The notes beneath the pieces are model-generated. The model was not told the origin of the DNA, did no database searches, and was given only the letters and a program-made list of their open reading frames with translations. From the human T2T-CHM13v2.0 reference genome, Homo sapiens, in NCBI RefSeq assembly GCF_009914755.1, contig NC_060945.1: 64,000 nt of DNA, one strand, 5' to 3'. The translations under genes and the position numbers were made by a program. This document shows, piece after piece, positions 17,880 to 32,264 of the stretch (position 1 is the stretch's first letter; each line of letters opens with the position of its first letter).

Positions 17880-18132
17880 CCGCATGTTCTCACTCATAGG
17901 TGGGAATTGAACAATGAGAACACATGGACACAGGAAGGGGAACATCACACACCGGGGACTGTTGTGGGGTGGGGGGAGGGAGGAGGGATAGCATTAGGAG
18001 ATATACCTAGTGCTAAATGACGAGTTAATGGGTGCAGCGCACCAGCATGGCACATGTATACATATGTAACTAACCTGCACGTTGTGCACATGTACCCTAG
18101 AACTTAAAGTATAATGATAAAAAAAAAAAAAA
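17880..18132 (+). mobile_element. 5'-truncated young L1PA (L1PA3/4-like) 3' end
   Basis: L1PA 3'UTR with poly(A) and a perfect 18-bp TSD aagaagagtcccagagca (17862-17879, 18133-18150); carries GAG rather than ACA/ACG at the L1HS diagnostic site. Confidence 0.93.
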
Positions 18133-19806
18133 AAGAAGAGTCCCAGAGCATAGAGGCCTGACTTCAGGTTACAAGCGCAAGGACGGGGCCAGACACTGCC
18201 ACGCTCCGCAGGCGCAGCCAGCAACCCGTGTTACGGGTGCAGCGGTCACCACGCCGCAGCCGTTCAGGTCCCTCCCTCCCTTAACCAGATGCTGTCAGCC
18301 TGTGGCTTCTGTTGGTTTTATTGAACAAGAGCCACGGTGGGAGGGAAGATGATTTTGTTTAGCCTCCACTTTCTGCAGAGCGGCTGGGAGTCTGAGAACA
18401 TCAGGGTAGCCAGGCGTGATGAGCATGTATGGTACACGGTCATGTTGGTCTGTGCTCCCACAAACTGAGAGGTCTTTTAAGGAAATCCCTCCCCAATCCG
18501 GAGTTGAGTCATCTGGCTTCCATCTCTGGGCTCCTTAAATAACCAGAATCTCAAATTAGCCATGAGAAAGAAACACACAAAAACATCTCTTTATGATAAA
18601 AAGGGAGACAAAACCCCAAAGCTGACACGTGGGACAGAGACTGCTCCGTTTGTCACCATTCCTCTCTCTTCCTGCACCTTCCAGCGTCTTGTATTCGTGG
18701 AAGGAGAGAATGAGCTGGAACAGAAGGAGAAGATGTAGGCCACTCGCCGGCGGCGGAGTGACGCCGCCGCCACTCCAGAGATCCCGAAATAAAGACGGTT
18801 TTTCCGCAAAACATTTGCTCGTAGGAGATGCAAATGAGAGATATTTTTAGGAAATATTAATGCACTGAGCTCTAATTTGCAGACTGCGATTTACTTCATC
18901 CCCTCCCCTAGCCAGAGCCATCTGAGCGCTTGGCTCCTTCCTGGAAAAATTCCGCTCTGGAATAATGACTTGGTTTCCTCACAGGAAGAATGCATGCATA
19001 CTGTCAAGAGGCAAACAATACCCAAAGTTACAAAAAAGAAAGCAACAACAAACCACGAATGTCACTGCCAGACTCCTTGCCCAGAAACGCCCCTCATTCA
19101 TGTTGGGTGAGTCTGGGCCCTGTGCAAGACATGGACAGAACACGCAAGCTGATCGTTGAGGAGATGCAAAGTTTAGGATTTTCCTTGAATTTAACAGAAG
19201 AAAAAGAAATGGAGTAAAACTGAAGGACTGCTAAACTTCACATAAATGAATCTTATCCCAAGAAACACTTATCCCTCAAGGATAGCCAGGAACCCCTGAA
19301 AAAGAAAGCCTAGTTCCGCCGCCTGTACCCCTTTCCTGACAGCCTCAGCCCTGCTGACAGTACGGCGTCCTCCAGCGGGTCGTGCCGGACAGACAGACAC
19401 AGGGTGGACAGGAAGCCCAGAAGGAGGCCCGTGCACCTGGGAGGTCAGCATGAGATAAAGGGGGTGCCTCAAACCTCTGGAGCACAAGTGGACTCTGAAT
19501 AACAGGGTAAGGGGCACGCCGGATAGGCTTGGAGAAAAGATGAGAGGTCTGCCTCACGCCACACACAAAAATACACTTCCAGTGGCTTGGGAACCCACAT
19601 GTGAAACGGGAGCTCAGACAAGTCCTGGAAGAGGACATGAGTGCATTCTTCTGTCATCTGGGTGCAGGGATAGACTCTCTAACCATGACTCAAAGAAAAG
19701 AAAAGATTGGTAAATATGGGCATAAAAAAGGAAAAATATATTGCACAGCCAAAAGAAAACACCACAAAGACAACTGAAAAACTAGGAGAAAATATTTGCA
19801 ACATAA

Positions 19807-20161
<355 letters not shown>

Positions 20162-20714
20162 TAATAAATGAAGAACTCGTACAAATTGAGGACAAAGGAC
20201 CATAAATCAGAGAGACAAACAGAAAAAGGACATAAAGAGACAGTTCCCCCAAAAGATTAAAATGAGCCTTAAACACTTGAAACCTGTCTACTCACTCATC
20301 CTTAGAGAACGCAAACTTCAACCAAGGCCAGGCACTACCTCTCATCCACGAGACCGCGCATCCGTCCGCTGGGCTGTGGGAAGCAGGTCCCAGTCCCTGG
20401 CGGGGATGCCACTGGGTACAGCTCTCCCAGAGGGGCGTTGGCAACACGGAACAAAATGACATGCACACTTACCTTTGACCCTGGGAAGATGTCTCCAATT
20501 TCCAAAACGAAGACGCCCGTGGTTGACATCCTTCCTCTGCAGCACTGTTTGTAATTGCAAAACACGAGCGACAATCTGAGCATCCACATACAGGAGGGGG
20601 TTGGATGAGCTGGGGGTGTCCACCGGTCTGAGAGGTTTTTGGACACACAGGCAGGTGGACAAAGCGAAGTTCCAGAAAGTCTAGAGGGTGCTGCCCTTCA
20701 GGAAGATGGCCATG

Positions 20715-21090
20715 AGGGGCAGGGAGGGGGAGGGGTGTGGGGCAGTGGCGTGGAGGAAGGAGGGTGGTGGGGGGAGTGGGGCTCAGGGAGGGGGAGGGGT
20801 GTGGAGGAGGGGGTCGCAGAGTGGGGAGGGGAGTGGGGGCAGGGAGGGGAGGTGTGTGGGCAGTGGGGGCAGAGTGGGGAGGGGTGTGGAGGAGTGGGGA
20901 TAGGGAGAGGGGGGAGTGTGGGGGAAGTGGAGGGAGGGAGTTGGAGGGATGGTGTGGAGAGTGAGGGGCAGGGAAGGGGAGAGGTGTGGGGGAGTGGGAG
21001 GCAGGGAGGGGGAAGGGTGTGGGGGATGGGGACATGGAATGGGGAGGGGTGCTGGGGCAGTGGCGGCTAGTGAGGAGGGGGACAAGGGAG
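20715..21090 (+). repeat. G-rich purine low-complexity tract
   Basis: Dozens of G3-G6 runs with short a/t spacers and almost no C on the + strand. Confidence 0.95.
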
Positions 21091-21100
21091 TGAGCTTTTA

Positions 21101-21432
<332 letters not shown>

Positions 21433-21899
21433 GATCATGGAGGATTTTGCAGGTTGGTAAGTGGTGGGAGGGAGGCAGAATCAGAAGTGGCATTCAGGAC
21501 CCTCCCATCTGGCTGCACCTGTCTTCCTCTGCTCTCCTCCCCAGTCCCTCCCCTGCCCTCACTGGCCCCTGGCCCCTGCCATGCCAGGCCCTCCCTTCCA
21601 GGAAGCCCTGAGGCACCCGAGTGACAGGCACTGGCTCCCTGGGCTCTCCTGGCTGGGGTCCACATCACTTTCCTGCCCGCTGGGCACAGGCTCTCCCCCA
21701 GGCCTCTTCTGGACCTGGGGAATGACTACTGGTCCTGTAAGAATGTCGTCTCCTTCAGGAAGTCCTCCCTGACCTGGCCAAGCAGAAGTCTTGCCTGACC
21801 ACAGCACCTCTCACGTCTGTGACGAATCTGCCACCCTGGGTGATTGAATGGCTTGTCCCAGCTGCTGTCCCAGCCACCGGGCCCACTGTCTCTCCCTAG

Positions 21900-22221
<322 letters not shown>

Positions 22222-22590
22222 ACACCTTACCATTCTTAATCAGTTTAAGATTAGCTTAAGAAAACATCTGACCATGAAAGTGAATACAGAATACATGTGT
22301 CCATTACTAAAGCAAAGACTGCTTACCACCCCACCACTGTTAGAATTTACAATCTCCGCTGCCCTCTTACAGAGGGAAGAATCCACCCCTTGTGGGAGCA
22401 GCTGCTACTGTGAAAGAAGCTCTCTGAGCTCTCAGAGCCGCAGTTTCACCTGCTAAATGCCTGGCCCATCAAAAGTGAATGTGAGGCTGTGAGTGCGAGA
22501 TAGCAGCCGGGCCCCAGACACCTGGCAGGGCACCAAGCACGCAGGCCCTTGGCACTGGTGTGTGCGAGGCAGGTGTATGATTGGGAGCCA

Positions 22591-22730
22591 CTCAGGAGAC
22601 CCCCAGGAGGACCCCATGCTCAGGAGGGCTCTCTGCTCAGGAGGACTCTCTGCTCTGGAGGGCTCAGTGCTCAGGAGGACTCAGTGCTCAGGAGGACTTG
22701 TTCTCAAGAGGGTTCCATGCTCGGGAGGAC
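22591..22730. repeat. Degenerate ~17-bp minisatellite, ~8 copies
   Basis: Consensus close to gctcaggaggactc(tc/ag)t repeated in tandem. Confidence 0.85.
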
Positions 22731-23216
22731 GGTGTTTGCATTTTGAGTGCTCTGTAGTTGTTATCTTGATATTTTAACAATTTTATTATTGAATGTGTGC
22801 TTTGAAAGAGAAGCCCTGTGGGGCAATGGAGTAATGGGGCTCGCAGCCTTGACTCACCCGAGGCCACTCCACGGTTCTGACCCTGACGCCTCTGCCTGTG
22901 AAGGCCCCTCCTTGTCTTGCAGGTATTCCCATGCTCAAGGGAGCACGGCAGTAAATGGCACGTAAAAATCACTGTGACAGATTGAGAGGGCAGGGGAGGG
23001 CGATGGAGGGAGGAGCACAAACAGAGACAGACTTTGGAAAAAAGGAAAGAACGTTTTTCATGTTTCATGAAGAAGCAGTCTCATTTTCATTTTTCAGTGC
23101 ACCCTGCAAATTATGTAGCCAGCCCAGCTCTCAAGTATTATACAAATATGACATATCCTGCCAGAGTTTGCTCTTTAATGAAACTAGAGAAGTCGGCAGG
23201 ACCTGAAAATCATGTA

Positions 23217-23723
23217 CAGTAGCCTCCACCATCCTCAGTTTCACTGTCTGTGATTTCAACTACCCACAGTCAATTGCATTTTAAAATTATAAACCGGAAG
23301 GGTCCAGAAATAAACCATTCACATGTTTTAAATTGCACACCCTGTGAGGAGCACACGGAAATCTTGCACCGTCCTGCTCTGTCCTGCACAGGATGTGAAT
23401 TGTCCCTTTGTTCAGCATATTCACGCTGTCTACGCTACCCGCTGTTAGTCACTTAGCAGCCCTCTTGGCAGTCAGATAAAAGAGACATGGTACATATAGT
23501 GTTCTGTACAACCTGGGTTTCTCCCCCTGCCTCTGGGTTCCCAAGGTCTTTGACCTTGGAGAGAGAGTTCTACCATTGGCTTCCCTGGTTTGGGGCTTTT
23601 GGACTTATACTGAGCCACACTACCAGCACCCTAGTGTCTCTAGCTTGCAGATGGCCTGTGTGGGACTTCTCAGGCCCCACAATCATGTGAACCAATTCCC
23701 CTAATAAATCCCCTCTTTATCTA

Positions 23724-23764
<41 letters not shown>

Positions 23765-23856
23765 AATCTATCCATCTATCTATCTGTCTGTCTGCAGCTT
23801 CAGGCACCAAGTAGGTGTCTTGAAACATATTCCCCACAGATAAGAGGGGATGACTG
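23217..23856 (+). mobile_element. MER44A-like Tigger DNA transposon, interrupted at 23516-23794
   Basis: TA|CAGTAG...GACTG|TA termini with TA TSDs; body matches the recalled MER44 consensus (ccagaaataaaccattcac, gtctacgctacccgctgttagtcacttag). Confidence 0.8.
23720..23794. repeat. (TCTG)n/(TCTA)n compound tetranucleotide STR
   Basis: ctatctgtctgtctgtctg... directly visible. Confidence 0.95.
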
Positions 23857-24271
23857 TACTATGCTTAGTTTTTGGGACCTCTGAGCTTACCTCCTGGTGT
23901 CACCCTTCTATGTACTCTGCCATGTGGGCACAGCAAATGCTCTCTATAAAACTGTATCACAGATCCCAGCCAATGCAATAAGGCAAGAAGAAGAAACAAA
24001 TGACATACAGATTGAAGAGGAAAAAGCAAATCTGTGTAGATTCATAACCAATATGATTATAAATGTAGATGCAGAAAATCCCAAAGAAGCTACAAAAAAG
24101 CACTAGAATTAGTAAGTGAATACAGCAAGGCCAAAGGGTATACAATCAATTACCAGATCCATTGCTTTCCTATACATTAGCAAGAAACAACTGGAAAATT
24201 AAAATTTAAAATACCACTCAGACTAGCAATAAAAAACACAATATTTAGGAATGAATTTAACGGAAAGTTTT

Positions 24272-24882
24272 TGTGATGGTTCATTTTAGGTGTCAACTTG
24301 ACTGGATTAAGAAATACCTAGAAACTTGATAAAGCGTTATTTTGGGGTGTGTCTGTGAGGTGTTTCCAGAGGAGATTAGTGTGAGTCTGAGTGGACTAGT
24401 GGGTGAGATTCGCCCTCAGTGTGGACAGCACCATCCAGTTGTTGGGGCCCTGGAGAGAACAGAGACAGAGAAAAGGTGAATGTATGGAGCTCCCTGCTGG
24501 AGCTGGGACACACTCATCCTCTCCTGCCCTTGGACAACAAGGCCAGCCTCCCTAGCCTTTGGTGCCAGGGCTTTCATCCCCTGCCTCTGGGTTCCCAGGC
24601 CTTTGACCTTGAACTGAGACTTCTACCATCAGGTTGCCTGGCTCTGGGGCTTTTAGACTTGGACCGAGCCACACTCCCAGCACCCTAGGGTCTCTAGCTT
24701 GCAGATGGCCTGTAGTGGGACTCCTCAGGCCCCACAGTCATGTGAATCAATTCCCCTAATAAATCCCCTCTCAACTGTCTATCTACCTGTCTGCCTGTCT
24801 GTCTCTCTGTCTCTCCCTCTCTCCATCTACCCATCTATCCACCCATCCTATTGGTTCCGTTTCTCTGGAGAAACCTAACACA
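24272..24882 (+). mobile_element. MLT2B-like ERVL solo LTR
   Basis: Starts tgtgatggttcattttaggtgtcaacttgactgg; ends cctattggttccgtttctctggagaaacctaacaca. Confidence 0.85.
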
Positions 24883-24958
24883 GATGTGCAGGACCTTTAC
24901 CCTGAAAACTGCAAAACACAGCTGGGAGAAATTAAAGACAACCTAAACAAATTGTGAG

Positions 24959-25792
<834 letters not shown>

Positions 25793-26100
25793 GAGAGGTA
25801 TACCATGATCATGGATTGGAGGATTCAGTACTAGGAAGCTGTCCATACTTCCTGAAATATCAATATTATTCTAATAGAAATTCCAGCAGGCTTTGTTGTA
25901 GAAATTGACCAGCTGATCCTAAAAGTTTAATGGAAAGGCAAAGAACTTGGAAGGGGGCAAACAATCCTGCACACAGCCTACAGGAATGACACCAGCTTCT
26001 TTTCCTTAAGCTATAGGATGCAAGACAATGTGGTGTCTGTGGGAAGCAAAACAAATAGATCAATGGAACAGAATAAAGAGTCAAGAAATAGACCCACTAA

Positions 26101-26395
26101 GCCCTGGTGCAGTGGCTCACACCTGTAATCCCAATACCTTGGGAGGCCAAGGTGGGAAGATCACTTAAACCCAGGAGTTTGACACCAGCCTGGGCAACAT
26201 AGGGAGACCCTGTCTCTACAAAAAGTAAAAATGAAAAAATTAGCTGGGTGTGGTGTTGCACACCTGTGGTCTCAAGCTACTGCAGAGGCTGGGGTGGGAG
26301 GATTGCTTGAGTGGGGAGGTGGAGTCCCCAGTGAGCCATGGTTGTGCCACTGCACTCCAGCCTGGGCAACGGAGTGAAACCCCGTCACAAAATAC
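26101..26395 (+). mobile_element. AluJ (diverged)
   Basis: Dimeric Alu text with many substitutions. Confidence 0.85.
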
Positions 26396-27999
26396 CGAAA
26401 GAATTAGTTGTTGTAACGGAGGCTAATATGCTGGTGGGAGTGAGCTCAGGTGAGCGCGCCCCTTCCATAGTCACCCCAGTGTCCACCGCACACATCCTTC
26501 AGGCAGTGGAAGGGGTGGAAGTGCCCCTCCCCTTCCTCCTACCCTCCCACCCTTCTTCTTCCTCTCCCTCCCCCTCCTTCTGTTGTGTTTTACAGATACA
26601 TGAGGGGTGGGGCCTGGGGCCTAAGCACTGGAATCCTCATGGAGAGGCTTCCCTGGAGTCCTTAGCTGCAGAGTGGTGGGCATATCTGATGCCCTTATTC
26701 AGATCTACCCACTGCGATATGTGTGAAGTGCTGAAGCTTTAATAAATAAAACGCAGGAGGGCTTGAGAAAGGCTCTGGGTATGGTGCACACAACCAGCTC
26801 ATGCTCAGGGGATCGGGAAGGGGGTTCACCAAGCGCCCATGGAGACTGCATGCACTTATTTAATGAGCAACAAAGACATTACCAGACAGTCAAGGAAAAA
26901 CATGTGTTTTTCCACTTTGGGAAATAGTCAAACTTTCATATTCCACCAAAAATAGAAGTGGAATTCTAGAAAACAAAAATAGGTGGGCTTATACTTGTAT
27001 GCCATTCAAGCAAACCCGCATAGACTATGACTGCTCTCATCTCTCTGGAATGTGTGCTGTGTTCCCAGGAGGTCCGGGAAGGAGCCAGGACAAGAGGGAG
27101 CCTGGGACCTGTTCCTGGGCCTGAACTCCTGCGGCCACCAGGGTCCCTCCTGGTTCTCGTGGGGCCATCTGGGGTTGCACCCCTCCAGATGTGCTCTCCC
27201 TCCCCTCCGTCCCCTGAGGCGTTGATGACCGGCGGGAGACCCTTGCCCCTGAAAAGAGACTGGCCGAAGAACTGATGAATAGCTCCATCACCAATCTCCA
27301 CGGTGGCCCGCACAGGACGGCAGAGACTTTTCTCCTCGAAGACCCTAGGCTGCTGGCAAACACTGAGCACTGCACCGCACGGTGGAGGGTGCTGGGGAGG
27401 GGCGAGCCTCTGAACCTCAGTGCAGGCGGGAACAGTGCCTCACATTTCTGTGGCTGATGGAATATTTAATGCTTAGTTTATACTTTCTTTTTACACGGTT
27501 TGCTTGAGGCATATTTTGTTGACTCATGACTTTACAGATAACTTCTCTGATGAGACTGAAGCCCAAGGAAGGGACCAATGTCCAGTAAGTGACCTGGTCT
27601 TACATCAACCAGAGCTGCTTCCATGCACTCAATAGAAAATGAGGCCCGAAGCCTCTCATCTGCTAGGCAGGGCCAGGCCACAGCAGCCCCCCATGGCCAG
27701 GACGCAGTTGGGGAGGGGGGCCAGGTCACAGCAGTCAGCAATGCCCCGTACCCAGGCCACAGACTCCCAACCACCCAGGCCACAGGAGACCCCCACTACC
27801 CCCAAGTCAAGCCACAAAAGTACCCCCCCCCCATGCCTTAGGCCTCAGCAGGGCCAGGTGGAGCCCTGAGGTCTGGGCTTCTTCACCATTTTCCTTGTTT
27901 CTTCCACTCCTTGTCCTTGAAGCAAGGGGGTGGGCAAGCAGAGAGGGGGATTTGCTAGAAGGATCCTGGGGTATCTCCCGGGCTTTTTCCAAGTTGGGC

Positions 28000-30135
28000 T
28001 TTTTCCAGAAATGCAAGGTTGGTATAACATTTAAACTTTAATCAACTTAATTCATCATATTAATGTAATGAAGCAGAAAAATCATACTATCATCTCAATA
28101 AATGCAGAAGAAAGAATGTGATAAAACTCAGCATGCATTCAGGAAAAGAAACTCTTAGCAAAGTGGAGATAGAAGTGAGCTTCCTTGATCTCATCGGGGG
28201 CATCTATATTTAAAAATCCTACCACAGATCTCACACTTATTAGTGAAATATTGAAAGCGTCCCCCCTGAGGTCAGGAAAAAAATAAGGATGCTCACCACT
28301 AACACTTCTTTTCAGCAGCAGCTGGTGAGGTAAGCCAAGAAGAAAGCAATAAAGGATAAAATGATCAGAAAGGAAAAAATGAAAAAGTCATTATTCACAA
28401 ACAAAATGATACGTATATAAGAAACCCAATAGAATCTACAGATAACTATTGAAATTATTAAGTGAATCTGGAAAGACTGCTGGTACAAGGTCAATACACA
28501 AAGATCAACTGCATTCTAAATAAACCAGAAACCAGTGGTCAGAAAATAAAAATAGGGAACATTTTAAATGATCATCCAATGCACCAAATGTCTGCGAATA
28601 AATCTAATGGACTATGTATGTAATATCTACACAGAAGACTAGAAGATAATGAGAGCAACTGGAGAATATTTAAATCAATGTAGGGCTAAACGTGAACTGG
28701 AGCACTCAATATTGTGAGAATATCCGTTCTCGCCAAATTGATCTATAGCTTCAATGAAATTCTAATAAAAATTCTAGCAGAATATTTTGAGGAAATTTAT
28801 AAGCCAATTCAAAGATTTAAATGGAAATGCAAAATACCAAGTATAACCAAGAAAATTTTGAAAAACAGAAAAACTGCAAGGTGATTCTACGGTGTCAAAA
28901 GAAGACTCATGAGAAAGCTTCAGTAATTAGGACAGGAAACAGCAGTTCAAGGCCAGTCCTCAGCACCTAACAAAATAGTTCAGAAAAAAGCAACAACCCA
29001 TGCCTATATGGATGCTGAATTCACAACAAAGCTACTGCAGCAGAGCAGCAGGGAGAAGGGAAATCATGTCAGTAAATGGTGCTAGGTCAACTGGGCACCA
29101 AACACAGACAACAGTTATGGACTGACTCTGAACCCCTACCTCACATTGTACAGAAAAACAATTCCTGGTGAATTGTCCTCTAAATTTGAAAATTGAAACA
29201 ATAAACCTTCCAGAAGATAACAGAAGCATTCCTTCATGACCATGGAGTAGTTGAGTTTTCTAAACAGGAAACAAAAAAACCCTAACCGTAGAAAAAAACG
29301 GTAGATAAATTGGATCACATTGAAATTAAGAACTCCTGTATAACAAAAGACTCCACTGTGATTATGGAAATGCAAGACACAGGGTGAGAGAAGGTATTTG
29401 CAACACATATAGCTTGCCAAGAGTTTGGGTCTAGAATATATAAATAACTTCTACAAATAAATAATAAAGAAAACTTGTGGCTTCTTCACCAGAAAGGATG
29501 TGCATGTGGAAAACAAGAACATGTAAAGATGCTCAACCTCACTGGTCATTAGTGAACTACAGATTAAAGCCACTGTGAGGAACTACCACCACCCTCCAGG
29601 GTGGACAAAGTGTCAACACCAGCTGTTGATGTGGACAAGAAGCAGCCAGAAAGCTCCTCGCCTGCTGGTAGGAGTATAAAATGGCTCAACACGTTGGAAA
29701 ATCAGTGTCCCCTCTGGAGTGGACCTATGTGTCTCCTGTGACCTGGTACACAACCCAACAGAAACATACACACGTGCGCTGAGAGGTGTAAGAGAAGGTT
29801 CACAGAGGCACAGGTTGATGGATCTCATGAACACAGCGTCAAGTGGAAGAATCAAGACACGAAAGAATACATTCTGTGTGATGTCACTTATGTGAAGCAA
29901 AAACAGGCATAACCAATCTGCGGAGGTAGGAGTCAGGGTAGAGCTTATCTTTAAGGCCCAGAGGCAGCTGTGGCTATGGAGGGGCACGCCGGACACTCCG
30001 AGTTGGTCACGTTCCGCTGCTCGCCCTGGTGGAGGTTTCACAGCTGTGTCCACTTTGGGCTAATGTGTTGAGATGTACATTTATGATATGGATACTTTTT
30101 GGTGTATGTATTATATCTCAAAAAAGTTTGAAAAT
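28000..30135 (+). mobile_element. Old L1M (L1ME/MC-like) ORF2 3' half and 3'UTR
   Basis: A-rich degenerate ORF2 text (GMQGWFN-like start at ~28010) continuing to 3'UTR motifs. Confidence 0.8.
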
Positions 30136-31149
30136 ACATGATGATGGCCACTTTTCACACCACCGTTCATGGCTGCTGTATCCCTGAGTAGCTTGTATAG
30201 GTGACAGTCAGCCCGAGTCCCTGAGATTCCAGTTTAAAACTATCAACTGCAAGATCTTGAATATATGGTAGTTGAAAGTTTCCTAGAGAGAAGGCTTTAA
30301 ATAACCACATGAGCCATCTAATTTGTCACTAACCCAACTGTACTTAGGCTCAGCCTCCAGCCTCCATCCCCTCCAGAACAGCTCCTGGAGATTCAGCAGA
30401 GCGCGGCCTGCCCGCGCCCTCCCTCCTCCCCACTCTTGCCTGGCTTCAGTTGCTAATTACCTTTTAGCTTCTCAGGAAAGACTGCTAACATAATAATTAA
30501 GACATAACTCGGCAAAATAGAAAAAAAAATCTCCTTTTCCTGGCTCTAGTCCATTATTTTAGAGTAGTATGTTACCAGGAGCCATACTGTTTTTGCATCT
30601 GATTTATTTTAAAAATCTAGTATCATTCAAAAGAAGTTGGTGAAGCTGCTAATTTTGTTTGCTTTATATATTTATACTCATCCCACAAAGAATTTGAGGT
30701 GTTTGGTGTGTCTCTATATTCGCTTGCTCTTTTAATAATTTTTAAAAATGAGTTTCTCCTTAAGGATCATGTACTTTTTTTTAAATCTATTTTTAGTTCA
30801 TACTTTTGTTACTGTTGAACAGTATCATCTTCCAAATTACACGTTGTTTGCTGCCGATATATAGAAATCATTTTGGGGGTGTGTGCATGTGTGCCAATTT
30901 TATACCCAATAATCTTGCTGAATTTTAATTAGATCTAAGACTTTGGCTGTAGATTTAAAATTATCTGCCTACATAACCATATTTATGTCTCCCTTTCCTC
31001 TCTTTATACATGATCAAGTGAAATAATCAAGACACAAAAGAATACAACCTGTGTGAGGTATTAGCTCACTGAAGCCTCCAACCCCTGGCCTCAAGCAGTC
31101 CCCCTGCCTTGGCCTCCAGAGAAACACGCTTCCGTCTTTTCTCTCCTGC

Positions 31150-31640
31150 CTCGCTGGGCCTTCCCGCCTCCCACACTCCCTTCTCTCTCTATGCTCACCT
31201 CTAATGCTAGGCTGAGGCTCTTCGGGTCTGGAGCCAGGTTCCCTTCTTTCCTTTCTCCATTCTCTCTTTAGGGGATCGGTGACGTCTTCCATTTTCAAGG
31301 GTTTCAAGTGTCCGTCTCCAGCACGGCTCTCCTCTCCGGACATCAGTCTTTTGTACGTAGCTATCTTCCCAACACAGCCACTCAGACATCCTGTAGGCAT
31401 CGCAAACTTAACGCACCCAAAAGGAATGCCTGGTTTCGTCCCCCCATCCCCCGTGTCATCCCAGAGCACCATCACCCGCCAATATGTGCAAGCCAGGATC
31501 CTGGGTAAGCCCTGATGCTTCTCCTCCCCAGACCCCTCTAGTGACTCTATCACTAAGTCCTGTTGAGTCTAATTCCAAAAGCCTCTTAACTCTTTCCATT
31601 TCCACTGTCAACACCTGATGAAGGTCTTCTGCATGGAAGC
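31150..31640. mobile_element. L2 fragment
   Basis: Pyrimidine-rich L2 3' region text (catcgcaaacttaacgcacccaaa, aagccaggatcctggg, cactaagtcctgttgagtc). Confidence 0.55.
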
Positions 31641-32120
31641 CGCAGGCATGCCTGAGCTCTAGGCAGACACCGCCGGGTAAGTCAGAGCCTCCGTCCCCTC
31701 ACCGGGGTGCTGATTTGGGTTGTGTTTCTCCCACCCCCAGACAGTCTATGCACTTCGATGGCAGCTGCTCCACCTCCCAGTTCCAGAGCTAGGCCCTACT
31801 TGGCTAAACCAGGGATTGCCTTTCTCTGCAAAGGGCCAGATGGCAAAGATCTATGGCTCTACCGGCCACATAAGCCCACTGCATCTATTCTTCATAAGCC
31901 CCCACCCACCCCAACACTTTACATGTTTAATGTTCATTCTTAGCTGTTGACTGGACACCACTGGGCCCAGGCTCAGCCTGCCCACCTCTGACTTAACCAC
32001 GCAGCACATTCCCTTTCCCTGGTCTCTACAGAGTGCAAAGTGGCCTGACCAGGAGGACTCTTCTGACCAATGGTGGCAGAAGCCTCCTCTCTTCTCTGAC
32101 TTCATGTGCCATGGAAGTGC

Positions 32121-32264
32121 TTTTTCCTCTGCCACAGGCACTCCTGCTGTCAATGCCTTCTCATCCTCCAAGGCTCAATGCAGCTTCCTGCATTTTTCCT
32201 CTGCCACAGGCATTCCCGCCGTCAGTGCCTTCTCATCCTCCAAGGCTCAGTGCAGCTTCCTGCA
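32121..32264. repeat. 72-bp tandem duplication
   Basis: tttttcctctgccacaggca...cagcttcctgca at 32121 and 32193, with few mismatches. Confidence 0.93.

Noticed and set aside
17880-18132. Active or polymorphic L1HS insertion
   Set aside because: It lacks the ACA/ACG diagnostic (has GAG), carries older-subfamily variants, and only 253 bp is present.
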